Assembly (NCBI GenBank): GCA_039028615.1
Contig: JBCCHT010000006.1
Location: forward strand, 96,001 to 160,000
Direction of reading: 5' to 3'
Source of the DNA: Myxococcota bacterium
GTDB taxonomy: Bacteria > Myxococcota_A > Polyangia > Nannocystales > Nannocystaceae
Length of the DNA stretch: 64,000 bases
Within the stretch, counting starts at the first letter, position 1; every line of letters starts with the position of its first letter. Both the position numbers and the translations under genes were made by a program. Shown in pieces: positions 22,339 to 32,404 of this stretch. Below the pieces are notes generated by a model. It worked only from the letters and a program-made list of their open reading frames with translations, searched no databases and was not told the origin of the DNA.

Positions 22339-23556
22339 GTGCCCGGGCACGAATCTCCCCTGCGACTGTGGCCTACATTGTTCATCCTCGGTTGCGGCGC
22401 ACCTTCGCCCGCGATGCAGGTGAACTGGGTTCGATGGCTCTCGCACGAGCACATCACCGACACCGCGGTGGATCCCGCCGGGGCCATCGTCGTCGCGGGT
22501 CATAGCTTCGGAGACGAACGCGTGGAGGGTTCCCCTGGACTCTTCGTGCCGCGGCCGACGCTGACGCGCTTCGAGGCGGGAGGCGATCTGGCAACCCAGT
22601 GGGCCGGATTCGAGGGCCGTACGATCGCCGTCGCGGTGGACGGCCTCGGTCGAACCTACGCGATGCTGGAGCTGCCGAACGACGCCCCCGGGGAGTCCGC
22701 CGTCTTTCCGTGCGAGCTGCGAGCGTTCGACCTCGACGACCGCGTGCGCTGGACGAAGGCCTGGGAGACGACGCGATGCGTCTGGCCCATCCGCGTGAGC
22801 GATGGGGCGGTGGTCGTCCGCATCGACGACACGATCGAAGTGTTCGACCTCGACGGTGAGCCGCAGTGGCGACGCCCTGTGCCCGAGCGCAACCACGGTG
22901 CACCGCGGCTAGGCGCAGGCTCGATCTGGATCACCAATACCGCGTCGTCCTCGTTCGATGCGCCGCCTCGGGCCTGGCGCTACGCCCTGAACGATGGCCA
23001 CGAGACCGAGATCGCCCTCGATCGCTCACCGAACTTCTTCGACACATGGGTCGTCACCCCCGACGGGCTGCTCGGAGTGAGTGTGGAGGGCGTGCCTCCG
23101 CGGCTCTACGACGCAGAGCTGTTCTCGCTGGCGCCGAACGGCGAAGAGCGCTGGTCTCGACCGCTCACCGAGCTTCCGTTCTCCGACGCTCCCGGCCAGT
23201 GGCGAACCACCCACATCCACGTGTTCCATCGCGAGTCCGAGATCTGGTTGACGACCAACGAGGAGCAGATCCGCCACGACTCCGCCGACCCGATCCATCG
23301 GCGCATGCTCGTGCAACGCCGCGGGCCTCGGGGCGTACCGCTGAACACGATGCGCCGCAGCTTCGAGCCCGAGCCGTCGATGTTCTCGGAACACGTCGAA
23401 GGTGTGGCCAGTGTGCAGTGCCCTCGGCCGACTGCCGTGCCGTGGTACGGCTCGATCGCGCTGGGCCTGGACGGCCACCCCGACGGCTCGGTGTCGGTCT
23501 ACGGGCGCCAAGGCTGCCGAGACTCGTTCGTCCTATACCTGGACGTGCCGTCATGA
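22339..23556 (+). CDS. Putative lipoprotein, PQQ-like beta-propeller
   Basis: ILGC lipobox, repeated D..G...W motifs, ATGA overlap with the next gene. Confidence 0.6.
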   Translation: MPGHESPLRLWPTLFILGCGAPSPAMQVNWVRWLSHEHITDTAVDPAGAIVVAGHSFGDERVEGSPGLFVPRPTLTRFEAGGDLATQWAGFEGRTIAVAVDGLGRTYAMLELPNDAPGESAVFPCELRAFDLDDRVRWTKAWETTRCVWPIRVSDGAVVVRIDDTIEVFDLDGEPQWRRPVPERNHGAPRLGAGSIWITNTASSSFDAPPRAWRYALNDGHETEIALDRSPNFFDTWVVTPDGLLGVSVEGVPPRLYDAELFSLAPNGEERWSRPLTELPFSDAPGQWRTTHIHVFHRESEIWLTTNEEQIRHDSADPIHRRMLVQRRGPRGVPLNTMRRSFEPEPSMFSEHVEGVASVQCPRPTAVPWYGSIALGLDGHPDGSVSVYGRQGCRDSFVLYLDVPS

Positions 23557-25031
23557 CGCCACGCCGCGCCTGGTTGTTTCCGCTCTGGCTCGGGGCGTGC
23601 GATCCACACGTCGCAGAACCCTGCCGAACCGAAGCCGATTGCAGTCGCGACGAGCACTGCCTCGTCGACCACGCCCGAGGCGAAGGCCGCTGCATCGCCA
23701 CTCCCGGCCGCACCGACCCGGCCCCCGCGATGCGTTGGCGCGCCACTCCCCCCCAGACCGACCTCGTGCTGGTCATCGACGACGGCCCGGACAGCGCCCC
23801 CCTGCAACGCCGCCTGCTCGCGAGTATCGACGCCATCATCGACCACGCGTCTCGCTTCGACGACGACCTACGCATCGCAGCCACGACCGCGAACATCGAA
23901 CGATCGCCCTGTGGCCCCGCCCCTGCGGCCAGCCGAGGCGTGCTCACCGGGCTCAGCTGCCTCGACCGCCTCGACGACTTCATCGGTGCCGACGGAACCG
24001 ACGCTCGCTCGCTGTGCACGGGCCACTGCGCGTGGACCAGCGAGCAGCTCGGGCTCTCGCCCCGACGCCCTTGGCTGGATCTCCGCGCCCTCCCCGAGGG
24101 CATCGAGCCGGATGAAGCCCTCGGGTGCCTGCTCCCCCAGGGGATCTCCGGCTGCCCCCTCGCCGCTCCGCTCGAGTCGATGCGACTGGCCATTGCTCGC
24201 TCCAACGCGGAAGAAGAGCTCTCCTTCGGGTTCTTTCGCAAGCCGGGCACGGGGGAGTTCGTGGTCGTCACCGATGACGTCGACTGCTCGTTGTCCTCCA
24301 TCAGCGCGCCCGCGTTCGACCCCGAGGGATTGCGTGCACTGTGGTCCGATCCCGATGCCGAGGAGCCGACCGCGGCCGTGTGCTTCAACGCCGGGGTCGA
24401 CTGCAGCGGCCTCGCCGATGGCTTCCGCGAGTGCCGAGCGGTCGATCGAGCCCTCGACGGCACCCTCACCGCCGACAACGACGCCTCCGTATTGAGCTTC
24501 CTGCACCACTACGTCGAGCTGTTCGATTTCAGCAACTACACCGTGCACGCGATCGTCGGGGTCCCGGAGGGCACACCGTGGACCCCCCCGTACTCGGCCG
24601 TCGGAGACCCCGAGCACCTCCTCGAGTACGGGATCGACCCCGGATGTACCGATGACGAGATCGTGGCGCGTCCGCCCGTGCGCTTGCGGGACGTTGCCTC
24701 AGAAATGGCCTCGGCCTGCGCCCCGAACTACGACGACACGTTCATCCGCGCCCTGTCGCGTGAACCCCTGTGCATCCCCAGCGCGCTCGCTCCCCGCGTG
24801 CAGGTGAGCCTCGAGCGCCCCGACGCCGCGCCATGGCCCGTGCCGGACTGCGAGGGTACGTGGCCGGGGATCGAGCTGCCCGACGGCGGGCTCGCCTGCA
24901 TGCGCTGGAACGACGACCCCCTGCGCTGCTCGAGCGTGTCGGAGACCATGCTCGAGCTGGTGCTCCTGGCTCGCGACCGTGAGGCACCGACCTTCCTCAT
25001 CGATCCGTCGCCGCTGTCTGCAGAGGGCTGA
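23553..25031 (+). CDS. Cys-rich VWA-like lipoprotein with degenerate MIDAS
   Basis: LGAC lipobox, DLVLVIDDGPDS, PLESMR and VVVTDDVDCS. Paralogous to 48452-50080. Confidence 0.7.
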   Translation: MTPRRAWLFPLWLGACDPHVAEPCRTEADCSRDEHCLVDHARGEGRCIATPGRTDPAPAMRWRATPPQTDLVLVIDDGPDSAPLQRRLLASIDAIIDHASRFDDDLRIAATTANIERSPCGPAPAASRGVLTGLSCLDRLDDFIGADGTDARSLCTGHCAWTSEQLGLSPRRPWLDLRALPEGIEPDEALGCLLPQGISGCPLAAPLESMRLAIARSNAEEELSFGFFRKPGTGEFVVVTDDVDCSLSSISAPAFDPEGLRALWSDPDAEEPTAAVCFNAGVDCSGLADGFRECRAVDRALDGTLTADNDASVLSFLHHYVELFDFSNYTVHAIVGVPEGTPWTPPYSAVGDPEHLLEYGIDPGCTDDEIVARPPVRLRDVASEMASACAPNYDDTFIRALSREPLCIPSALAPRVQVSLERPDAAPWPVPDCEGTWPGIELPDGGLACMRWNDDPLRCSSVSETMLELVLLARDREAPTFLIDPSPLSAEG

Positions 25032-25044
25032 CGCTGCGCCGGCT

Positions 25045-26535
25045 TCAGCCCGCGACCTCGACCACTTCGACCACGTTCGGCGCGCGCCGAAAGGTCCGCG
25101 GATCGAGCGGGTCGACGGCGGGCCCCGCCGGAGCGCCGCCCGTCAGGTCGACCACGGTGGCGGTCATGGTGCACGGATCGTCGCGCCCTTCGAGCTCGCC
25201 CCACAGCACCCGGCCGTAGCCCGGACCCGCCGTCGGGGCGATGTGCGGCCCCGCGCCGATCGCCAGCCCCTCGCCATCGGGCGCCACCGCCAACGCGTAG
25301 GGCTCGAGGGGCTCACCGCCCGCGTCGAGCATGTCGTCGAGGCCTCCGATCGAGCCGCATACCTGCGGGCCCTCTCCGGCATCTTCGACGACGAGCACCC
25401 CTCGCTCACCGCCCGGATGATTGGAACCAGACGCCACGAGCCAATGGCGGGATTCGTCGTCGCCCCCAGGCAGTGCCACCACTTCGCCCAAGCGCCCTTC
25501 GCCACCGCCACCAAAGACAGCCGGCGCACTGACCTCGCAGGACTCGGGATCGAGCCGCCACAGCTTGGCCGTGGCCTGATGGTCGTTGACGGGAGGACCA
25601 TCGGCCACCATCAGCCCGCCGTCGTCGTCCGCCGCCAGATAGCGCACCCGACGACCAGGCGTGGCCCCCGGAATGGGGCAGATCCACCCCCCGACCTGCG
25701 ACGCCGCGTCGTCGGGGGCATGCGCGCTCAGGTCGGGGATGTCGACGACCGCGATCGCCTCGTTGCCGTCGCATGCCATCGCGAGCCGGTCCCCCGAAAG
25801 CTCCACCACCTGCGCCGTGCCGTTGCAGGCCTGACCGTCGAGATCGTCGAGGTCCACCACGCCGGGGGCCGCCTCGGGATCGGCCGGGTCCACGATGAGC
25901 AGCTTGCCCGGACGCGACCACGTCTCCTCGGGCGCGATGAGGCTGTTGTTGAAGGTGCCGATGACCAGCTTGTCGGCGACCGGGCGCACGAAGATGGGCT
26001 CGAGCTGGTCGAGGCTCAGCGCGTCGACGCCCGAGAAGGCTCCGGCGGCGAAGTACTCCGACTCGGGCACGAGCTGACCGGCAGGGCGGTCGGCAAACCA
26101 CTCCCGCGGGAAGGTGAGCAACGAACCCAGCTCGGGCGTGGGATAGTGCCCGGTCACTACATGCAGGCCCGCGGGCGTCAGCGCGAGACCGAAGGGCTCG
26201 TCGAGTCGCCCTTCACCGTTGTCACCCAGGCCGCACCCGGGGCACTCGTTGGGCACCAGATCGAGGCCGATGGCACCGCGATAGACCTCGCCGTCGGGGT
26301 CCCGGGGCGCAAAGATCTCGAGCCGGTCGTCGAGGGTCTGGCTGACCAGCACGAGCAGGCACGAGTCGTCGCCACAGCCCAGGATCTCGCCTTCGATGGC
26401 GGGCATCGGACCGGTCGGCCTGGGCGGGGGCTCCTCCTCGGGCAGCAGCGCCGGGTTGTCTGGCAAGCAGCCCAGCCCGATCGATGCGCCGGCCACCGCC
26501 ACGAGCAGTCGCCGGATTGCGTCATTGCGCCGCAC
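25045..26535 (-). CDS. Beta-propeller-like lipoprotein
   Basis: GLGC lipobox, LDEPFGLALTP and PYALAVAPDG blade motifs. Confidence 0.7.
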   Translation of the reverse strand: MRRNDAIRRLLVAVAGASIGLGCLPDNPALLPEEEPPPRPTGPMPAIEGEILGCGDDSCLLVLVSQTLDDRLEIFAPRDPDGEVYRGAIGLDLVPNECPGCGLGDNGEGRLDEPFGLALTPAGLHVVTGHYPTPELGSLLTFPREWFADRPAGQLVPESEYFAAGAFSGVDALSLDQLEPIFVRPVADKLVIGTFNNSLIAPEETWSRPGKLLIVDPADPEAAPGVVDLDDLDGQACNGTAQVVELSGDRLAMACDGNEAIAVVDIPDLSAHAPDDAASQVGGWICPIPGATPGRRVRYLAADDDGGLMVADGPPVNDHQATAKLWRLDPESCEVSAPAVFGGGGEGRLGEVVALPGGDDESRHWLVASGSNHPGGERGVLVVEDAGEGPQVCGSIGGLDDMLDAGGEPLEPYALAVAPDGEGLAIGAGPHIAPTAGPGYGRVLWGELEGRDDPCTMTATVVDLTGGAPAGPAVDPLDPRTFRRAPNVVEVVEVAG

Positions 26536-26615
26536 CCCAGGACGCTAGCAGTTCCGCCGCGGGGGACACCGGCTTCGGACCGGGGTGCGACCATCGGACG
26601 CATGCCCCCGCGAGG

Positions 26616-28298
26616 TCAAAAATCGACGACCGCTTCGAGCGCGAACAGGTCGTCGGCGAGCTGATTGGCCCGGCCTCCGTCCTCCCGCTGTACGAGGTAC
26701 TCCGCCTTGAGGATGACCCGGGGCGTGACCGCGAAGTTCAGGCCGACGGCATGCCCCTGGCGCGCCGTCTCGCTCCGATAGTCGAAGCTCGCCAGATCGG
26801 AGCGCAGCGGCACCCCGGCGACGATGCCCGGCACCACCAGGTCGGGGTCGGCGTGATCGAAGCGATACTGAACGGACACGCCCGGGCGCCCGTTCTTGCG
26901 CCGAAAGAGCATCTGAGAGACCTGGGCGTAGCCACCGAGCATCGCGCGGTCGGCGAACTCGACCTGATCGACCGCGCGGTCGACCCCGTAGACCACCTCG
27001 CCGCGCAGATTCGGCAGCGGGTAGCGGGTATCGAACATGTCGTCGAAGTCGATCTTCACGTGAGCGCCCGCTCGCCATGAAGGCGCTTGACCCAGCTCGG
27101 CCGTCGAGTCTCCGACCTCGGGCAGCACGGGCGCGGGATGCTTCGCGTAGACGAACGAGCCCCCGATCATCAGCGCGGGCACGGGGAAACCCCGCACGCG
27201 CGTCACGAAGGCCTTGTTGGTGTTGTTGTCCGGCGCAATGCCGAAGAACCCGGAGTTGATCGGCACCGGCTCGAGCTCGGCCGCATCGCCATCGAGCTCA
27301 CCCGGCCGTCGCCGACGCGAGCAGGTCGGGGCCAATACGGCGGGCTCGAGCAGGCTCGACAGAAACCGCGTCTGGGTGCACGGGTCCGAGTTGAACACGC
27401 CGACGTCGATCTCGATCGGGCGCGGCGACGAGAGTTTCTCGAAGGTCGGCTTCCACTTGAGCGACACGCCGACGTCGGACCACGTGCCGGGATAGACCCG
27501 CGCGGTGGTCATCGAGCGCGGCCGCGTGACGAACATGTTGACCGGCGAGGCGTGGACCTCGTCTTCGAGACCGAAGGGCACGATGAACACACCGGCCGAG
27601 AGCTTGAACCCGCGGCGAAACCAGGGCGCGGTCTGTTTGGCCCACACGAAGGGGTTGGCCTCGATGGCCACCGACTCGAAGAGCAACACGCGACGGGCCT
27701 GCGACAGGATATCGGGCTGCGACGCGGTGACCTGGGACTGCGGCAGCGACAGGAACTCCATCGCGATGAGGGCATGGACCGCGTCGGGCACGATCGGCGC
27801 CCCGACGTACAGCTCGGCCGAGTTGACGTCGAACGAGGGCATCGGGGCCAGCGTCTCGAAGTTGCCCTCTGCGTCGCGCTCGGCGATGTTGCTCCGCTGG
27901 GTGACGAAGAAGTTGGTCGCCACGTAGCCGCGGATCTGCAGCAGCCCGCGGTCGCGGCCGGCCGGGTGCGGGTCTCCGGGATCGAAGAAGGAGCCCGCAT
28001 GGGAGCCCGCGGGCTCTCGGTCCTCGAGCGGCTGCCGGACGAAGAGCGTGCGACGACGACGGGGCTTTTCCTCGGGCTCGGCTTCGGCCTCGGTCGGCTC
28101 GGCGCTCTCGGATGGTGAGGGCGAGGCAGGCGGAGCACTCGTGGTCGCGGCCGGAGCGGGCGACCCCGCCAGCTCGGGCGGCGCGGGCTCCGGCGGGACG
28201 TCGAGTTCTGGCACCGCGGAGTCCGGCTCCTGCGGCGACGCCGGCTGCATCAGCGCCACGCCGAGAGCAACCTTCGAGCCGAGGGGCAGGAGCATCAC
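26616..28298 (-). CDS. Putative outer-membrane beta-barrel (porin-like) protein
   Basis: Pro-rich N-terminus, AGVFIVPFGLE, DNNTNKAFVTRV, amphipathic strands and a C-terminal Phe (VVDF). Confidence 0.7.
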   Translation of the reverse strand: MMLLPLGSKVALGVALMQPASPQEPDSAVPELDVPPEPAPPELAGSPAPAATTSAPPASPSPSESAEPTEAEAEPEEKPRRRRTLFVRQPLEDREPAGSHAGSFFDPGDPHPAGRDRGLLQIRGYVATNFFVTQRSNIAERDAEGNFETLAPMPSFDVNSAELYVGAPIVPDAVHALIAMEFLSLPQSQVTASQPDILSQARRVLLFESVAIEANPFVWAKQTAPWFRRGFKLSAGVFIVPFGLEDEVHASPVNMFVTRPRSMTTARVYPGTWSDVGVSLKWKPTFEKLSSPRPIEIDVGVFNSDPCTQTRFLSSLLEPAVLAPTCSRRRRPGELDGDAAELEPVPINSGFFGIAPDNNTNKAFVTRVRGFPVPALMIGGSFVYAKHPAPVLPEVGDSTAELGQAPSWRAGAHVKIDFDDMFDTRYPLPNLRGEVVYGVDRAVDQVEFADRAMLGGYAQVSQMLFRRKNGRPGVSVQYRFDHADPDLVVPGIVAGVPLRSDLASFDYRSETARQGHAVGLNFAVTPRVILKAEYLVQREDGGRANQLADDLFALEAVVDF

Positions 28299-28421
28299 GA
28301 GCCGGCAATGTACCCCAAGCGCTCCAGGGCCCCCAACCGCGCCCCCGTGCGCGCGCGACCCAGTGTCGCAGCCGGAACCCAGCCCGCGCGGCAGGGCGGC
28401 CCGCGAGGGGAACCGCCCGCC

Positions 28422-29018
28422 CTAGAAGTCGGCCAGAACCGCCGCCTTCTTGGCCTCGAACTCCTCGTCGGTCAGCAGCCCCGACTTGCGTGCCTCCTTG
28501 AGCTGCTCGAGCTTCGCCTTGAGCGTGGAGTCCCGCTTGTGCTCTTTGGACTTCTCCTCCTTCTTGGAGGCGTAGATGCGCTCGAACATCGCCTTGAGTT
28601 CGGCCTCGTCCACGTTGCGACCGTTGCGGAAGTAGTGGTCACTGACCTCGCCGATGGCCCAGGTCAGGGCGTAAGCCATGGAGATGGTGACCACCCAGCC
28701 GAAGAATGGGATGAGCTTGGCCGCGGCCATGATCAGGTTCTGCGCGACCACGCTGGCCCCGAACGTGCTCAGGATCTCCACGATCGACTTGTGGTCGAGC
28801 TTGTGGCCGTGGATCTTCCCAATCCCCTGCACCAATCCAATTTGGACCGGAGTGATGAGCGCCGTGTCGAGCAGCGGAATGGGCTGCACCGTCATGGCTC
28901 CGGCCGAGACACTACAGACCTGCACGAGCTCGCGAACGGCCCGGGCCTTCTCCGCCTCGCTCGCATCGTCGTAGTTGCCGTCGAGAACCCGCTTGAGCGT
29001 CGCCAGGTGAGTCGCCAC
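28422..29018 (-). CDS. DUF697/YcjF-like membrane protein with C-terminal SHOCT domain
   Basis: PIPLLD..ITPVQIGLV..IGKIHG, KLIPFFG, and SHOCT-like GLLTDEEFEAKKAAVL. Confidence 0.75.
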   Translation of the reverse strand: MATHLATLKRVLDGNYDDASEAEKARAVRELVQVCSVSAGAMTVQPIPLLDTALITPVQIGLVQGIGKIHGHKLDHKSIVEILSTFGASVVAQNLIMAAAKLIPFFGWVVTISMAYALTWAIGEVSDHYFRNGRNVDEAELKAMFERIYASKKEEKSKEHKRDSTLKAKLEQLKEARKSGLLTDEEFEAKKAAVLADF

Positions 29019-29065
29019 GGACAGCAGCCTACCCGATCTGTTAGCGTTCGCATCGATCGTTGACC

Positions 29066-29410
29066 ATGGCTTTCGAGCACGAGCAAACCCAGGCCCTCCG
29101 CATCCTCCAAGGCATCGAGCAAGGCACCTTGAGCACCTCGCAGGCCTACGGCCTGCTCGTGGACGCCGACCCGGCGCTGCTGCACTTCATCTTCACCTGG
29201 CTGAGGGCGCACTACCCACCCAGTCATCCCGCGTCGCAGGGGGTCGTGGGGCGCCTGGTCGAGATCTGCAGCACCTATCCGCAGATTCCCCGCCGGGTGA
29301 AGGAAGGCGCCTCCGATCCGATCGTGGAGTGGTTCGAGGACGCTCATCGATACCGCGAGCTTCAGTCGCAGGAGTTCATCGCGCTGGTCATCGAGAAGCT
29401 CGAGGGCTGA
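29066..29410 (+). CDS. Hypothetical protein
   Basis: ORF with GC3 bias, 4 bp upstream of the symporter gene. Confidence 0.7.
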   Translation: MAFEHEQTQALRILQGIEQGTLSTSQAYGLLVDADPALLHFIFTWLRAHYPPSHPASQGVVGRLVEICSTYPQIPRRVKEGASDPIVEWFEDAHRYRELQSQEFIALVIEKLEG

Positions 29411-29414
29411 TCGG

Positions 29415-30938
29415 GTGCCCACGGCCGCCTACAAGCTGATCGGGATCGTCGTCTACCTGGCGATCCTCGTGGTCATCGGCGTGTTGGCGTCACGGCGCAT
29501 GAAGGACGTGCGCGACTACTTCGCGGGCGGTAAGACCATGGGCTTTTGGGCGGTGGCCTTCTCGGCCCGCGCCACCGGGGAATCGGCCTGGCTGCTGCTG
29601 GGCCTCACCGGGATGGGCGCCACCGTCGGCCTGCAATCGATGTGGGTCGTGGCCGGCGAGGTCGTGGGCGTCGGCGGAGCGTGGCTGCTGATGAGTCGTC
29701 GCTTCAAGCGGCTGACCGATCGCTACGACTCCCTGACCATTCCCGACTACCTCGAGTCCCGCTTCCGCGACCACGGGCACGTGCTGCGCATCGCCTCGGC
29801 CGGCGCGCTGGTGGTGTTCGTCACCATCTACGTCAGCGCCCAGATCGACGCCACGGGCAAGGCCTTCGAGAGCTTCCTCGACTGGAACTACTACGTGGGC
29901 ATCGCGGTCGGCTTCCTCGTGGTGCTGGCCTATGTGGTGAGCGGTGGGTTCGTGGCCGTGGTGTGGTCCGACGTCTTCCAGGGCGCGCTCATGGGCCTGG
30001 GGCTCGTGGCCTTGCCCGTCGTCGCCGTGATCTACGCAGGCGGGCCGGGAGCGGTCGCCGATGGCCTGAACGCGCAGGACCCCTCGCTGCTGCAGTTTTC
30101 CCTGGGCGAAGGCACCGAGGTCCTGGCCACGCTGGCGCTGTTGCTCATCGGGCTCGGTTTTTTGGGCTCGCCCCAGATCTTCGTCCGCTTCATCGCCCTG
30201 CGCTCCGAAGACGAGATCGGCCGAGGTGCCGCGGTCGCGATCCTCTGGACGCTGCTGGCCGACACGGGCGCGGTGCTCACGGGCATGCTCGGCCGGCACC
30301 TGCTCGTCGGCCCCGGCACGGACGTGGGCGCGCTGGGCTCGGGCGGCGAGGCAGTCTTGCCCTTGTTGGTCGAGCACCTGATGCCCGCGATCATCATCGG
30401 CCTGTTCATCGCCATCGTGCTCTCGGCGATCATGTCCACGGTGGACTCGCTGCTGGTCGTGGCCAGCAGCGCCGTCGTTCGCGACTGGTACCAGAAGGTT
30501 CGCGCCCCCCAGACTCCCGACGACGCCCTGGTCGGGCACAGCCGCATCGCCACCATGGCCCTGGCCGCGGTCGCGCTGGCCATTGCCCTCGGGGTCTCGT
30601 TCGCGACGCCCGGTCGCACCGTGTTCTGGTTCGTCATCTTCGGGTGGTCGGGCATCGCCGCCACATTTTGTCCGACCATGATCCTGTCGTTGTGGTGGTC
30701 GGGCATGACGGGGCGCGGAGCCTTGGCCGGCATGGTCACCGGCTTCGTCAGCGTTCCGTTGTTCAAGTTCGGAGCCCCGGCATTGCCACAAATGGGTGAT
30801 GCATTCGCCAAGCTCTCCGAGCTGCCGCCCGCCTTTGCAGCATCGATGGTGGTGGGGATCATCGTCAGTCGATTCGATTCCGCGGGACGAAGATCTCTGG
30901 CCACGGCCGCCGACGAACTACATGACGCGGCCTCATGA
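29415..30938 (+). CDS. putP: Sodium/proline symporter (SSS family)
   Basis: DYFAGG, SARATGESAWLLLGL, GGFVAVVWSDVFQG and LSAIMSTVDS, with many TM helices. Confidence 0.8.
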   Translation: MPTAAYKLIGIVVYLAILVVIGVLASRRMKDVRDYFAGGKTMGFWAVAFSARATGESAWLLLGLTGMGATVGLQSMWVVAGEVVGVGGAWLLMSRRFKRLTDRYDSLTIPDYLESRFRDHGHVLRIASAGALVVFVTIYVSAQIDATGKAFESFLDWNYYVGIAVGFLVVLAYVVSGGFVAVVWSDVFQGALMGLGLVALPVVAVIYAGGPGAVADGLNAQDPSLLQFSLGEGTEVLATLALLLIGLGFLGSPQIFVRFIALRSEDEIGRGAAVAILWTLLADTGAVLTGMLGRHLLVGPGTDVGALGSGGEAVLPLLVEHLMPAIIIGLFIAIVLSAIMSTVDSLLVVASSAVVRDWYQKVRAPQTPDDALVGHSRIATMALAAVALAIALGVSFATPGRTVFWFVIFGWSGIAATFCPTMILSLWWSGMTGRGALAGMVTGFVSVPLFKFGAPALPQMGDAFAKLSELPPAFAASMVVGIIVSRFDSAGRRSLATAADELHDAAS

Positions 30939-31282
30939 ATTTCAGCAACTCACCTACAGTCACGCGTAGGACACTCCCTGACAGCGTTTCCAGGGATCCC
31001 TGATGGCCCAACGGGCCGTTTCGCATCCGCTCACCCGCGATGGCTGCGCACCTGCTCGAAAGCGCGTGATATCTGCGACGGCATCGGCGCAGAGACCGTC
31101 GGGATTTCCACCCTTTCGGGACAGACCGATCGGCCGATTGTGGATCATTTGGCTTCGGAGCGGGAAACTAGGGCGACGCCATTGGCGTCCATGCGTTCGA
31201 GGCCGGCGGCGTCAGTACCAGATCAGGCCGACTTGCACATACTCGAACGACGTCTCCGCAAACACGCGAACGCCCCCTCGCC

Positions 31283-32269
31283 ATGGCGGGAGTCCAACTG
31301 CCTAACGACAACGACTGGTCGGACGACGACGTCGCCTTGATGGAGACGACGGCGGCCGGCGATTCCACTTCGGTGGGTCGCGTACCAATGGTGGCCCTGC
31401 CCGAGCAGGGCGACTACCTCGGGCCGTATGTCGTCGAGGGCACGCTGGGCGCAGGGGCAATGGGCGTGGTGTATCGAGCCGTCGATCCCGGCCGCCGCGA
31501 GTCGGTCGCGATCAAGCTGCTGCATCACGTGCGACCCGACGACACGGGCAGCTCTCCCGAAGAGCGATGGCTGGCCAACGAAGCGGGTGCGCTGGCTCGA
31601 CTGAGTCACCCCAACGTGGTCTCGGTGCTCGGGGTCGGCACCTTCGATGACCGCCCCTTCTTGGCGATGGAGCTGGTCGAGGGCACGACGCTGTCGGCGT
31701 GGCTCGAGTCGGAGCGGGCGTGGTGGGAGATCGTGCCCGTCATTCGCGATGCCGCCCGAGGGCTGGCCGCGGTGCACGATGCCGGCCTCATCCACGGCGA
31801 CTTCAAGCCCGACAACGTCATGGTCGGTCACGACGGTCGCGTGCGCGTCATGGACTTCGGGCTCGCTCGCTCCGTGTTGGCCCCCGACCCATCCATCGGT
31901 CGAGTCGCGGTCGATCGCCACGGCGTGTCGCGACACAAGCCGATCGGCACCCCGGCCTATATGGCACCCGAGCAGCTCGCCGGTCGCCCCGCGGGGCCCA
32001 ACTCCGATCAGTTCGCCTGCTGCGTGACGCTATACGAGGCGCTGTTCAACGAGCGCCCCTTCCCCGGTCGCACCCCGGCCGAGCTCGCGTATCACGTCAT
32101 GCGAGGCGAGCGTCGACCCAAGCCGGTTCGCTCCGGCGTCCCGGCGTGGCTGCACCAGATCGTCAACCGCGGGCTCGCCCTGGTCGGGGCCGCGCGCTGG
32201 CCTTCGACCCGCGCCTTCGCCGAGGCGCTCGACGAAGGCCTCCGCCGGCACTCGCCCAGCAACAGCTGA
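31283..32269 (+). CDS. Stand-alone Ser/Thr protein kinase (non-RD)
   Basis: GAGAMG, AIK, HGDFKPDN, DFG and APE. Ends immediately after the kinase domain. Confidence 0.88.
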   Translation: MAGVQLPNDNDWSDDDVALMETTAAGDSTSVGRVPMVALPEQGDYLGPYVVEGTLGAGAMGVVYRAVDPGRRESVAIKLLHHVRPDDTGSSPEERWLANEAGALARLSHPNVVSVLGVGTFDDRPFLAMELVEGTTLSAWLESERAWWEIVPVIRDAARGLAAVHDAGLIHGDFKPDNVMVGHDGRVRVMDFGLARSVLAPDPSIGRVAVDRHGVSRHKPIGTPAYMAPEQLAGRPAGPNSDQFACCVTLYEALFNERPFPGRTPAELAYHVMRGERRPKPVRSGVPAWLHQIVNRGLALVGAARWPSTRAFAEALDEGLRRHSPSNS

Positions 32270-32348
32270 TCGCGGTCGTCCCCGGCCACCGCCGTAGGGC
32301 CGAATCGCGGCGCCCAGAGGGTCGTCGCGCATCGTATTGCGCAGCTCG

Positions 32349-32374
32349 GGAACCTTTGCTTCGGCGTGCTGTCA
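32349..32374 (+). promoter_or_regulatory. ECF sigma-type promoter candidate
   Basis: GGAACC-N16-GTCA, 30 nt upstream of ATG 32405. Confidence 0.45.
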
Positions 32375-32404
32375 CTGGTGGCACAGACCCGGAGGATTGT
32401 TTCG

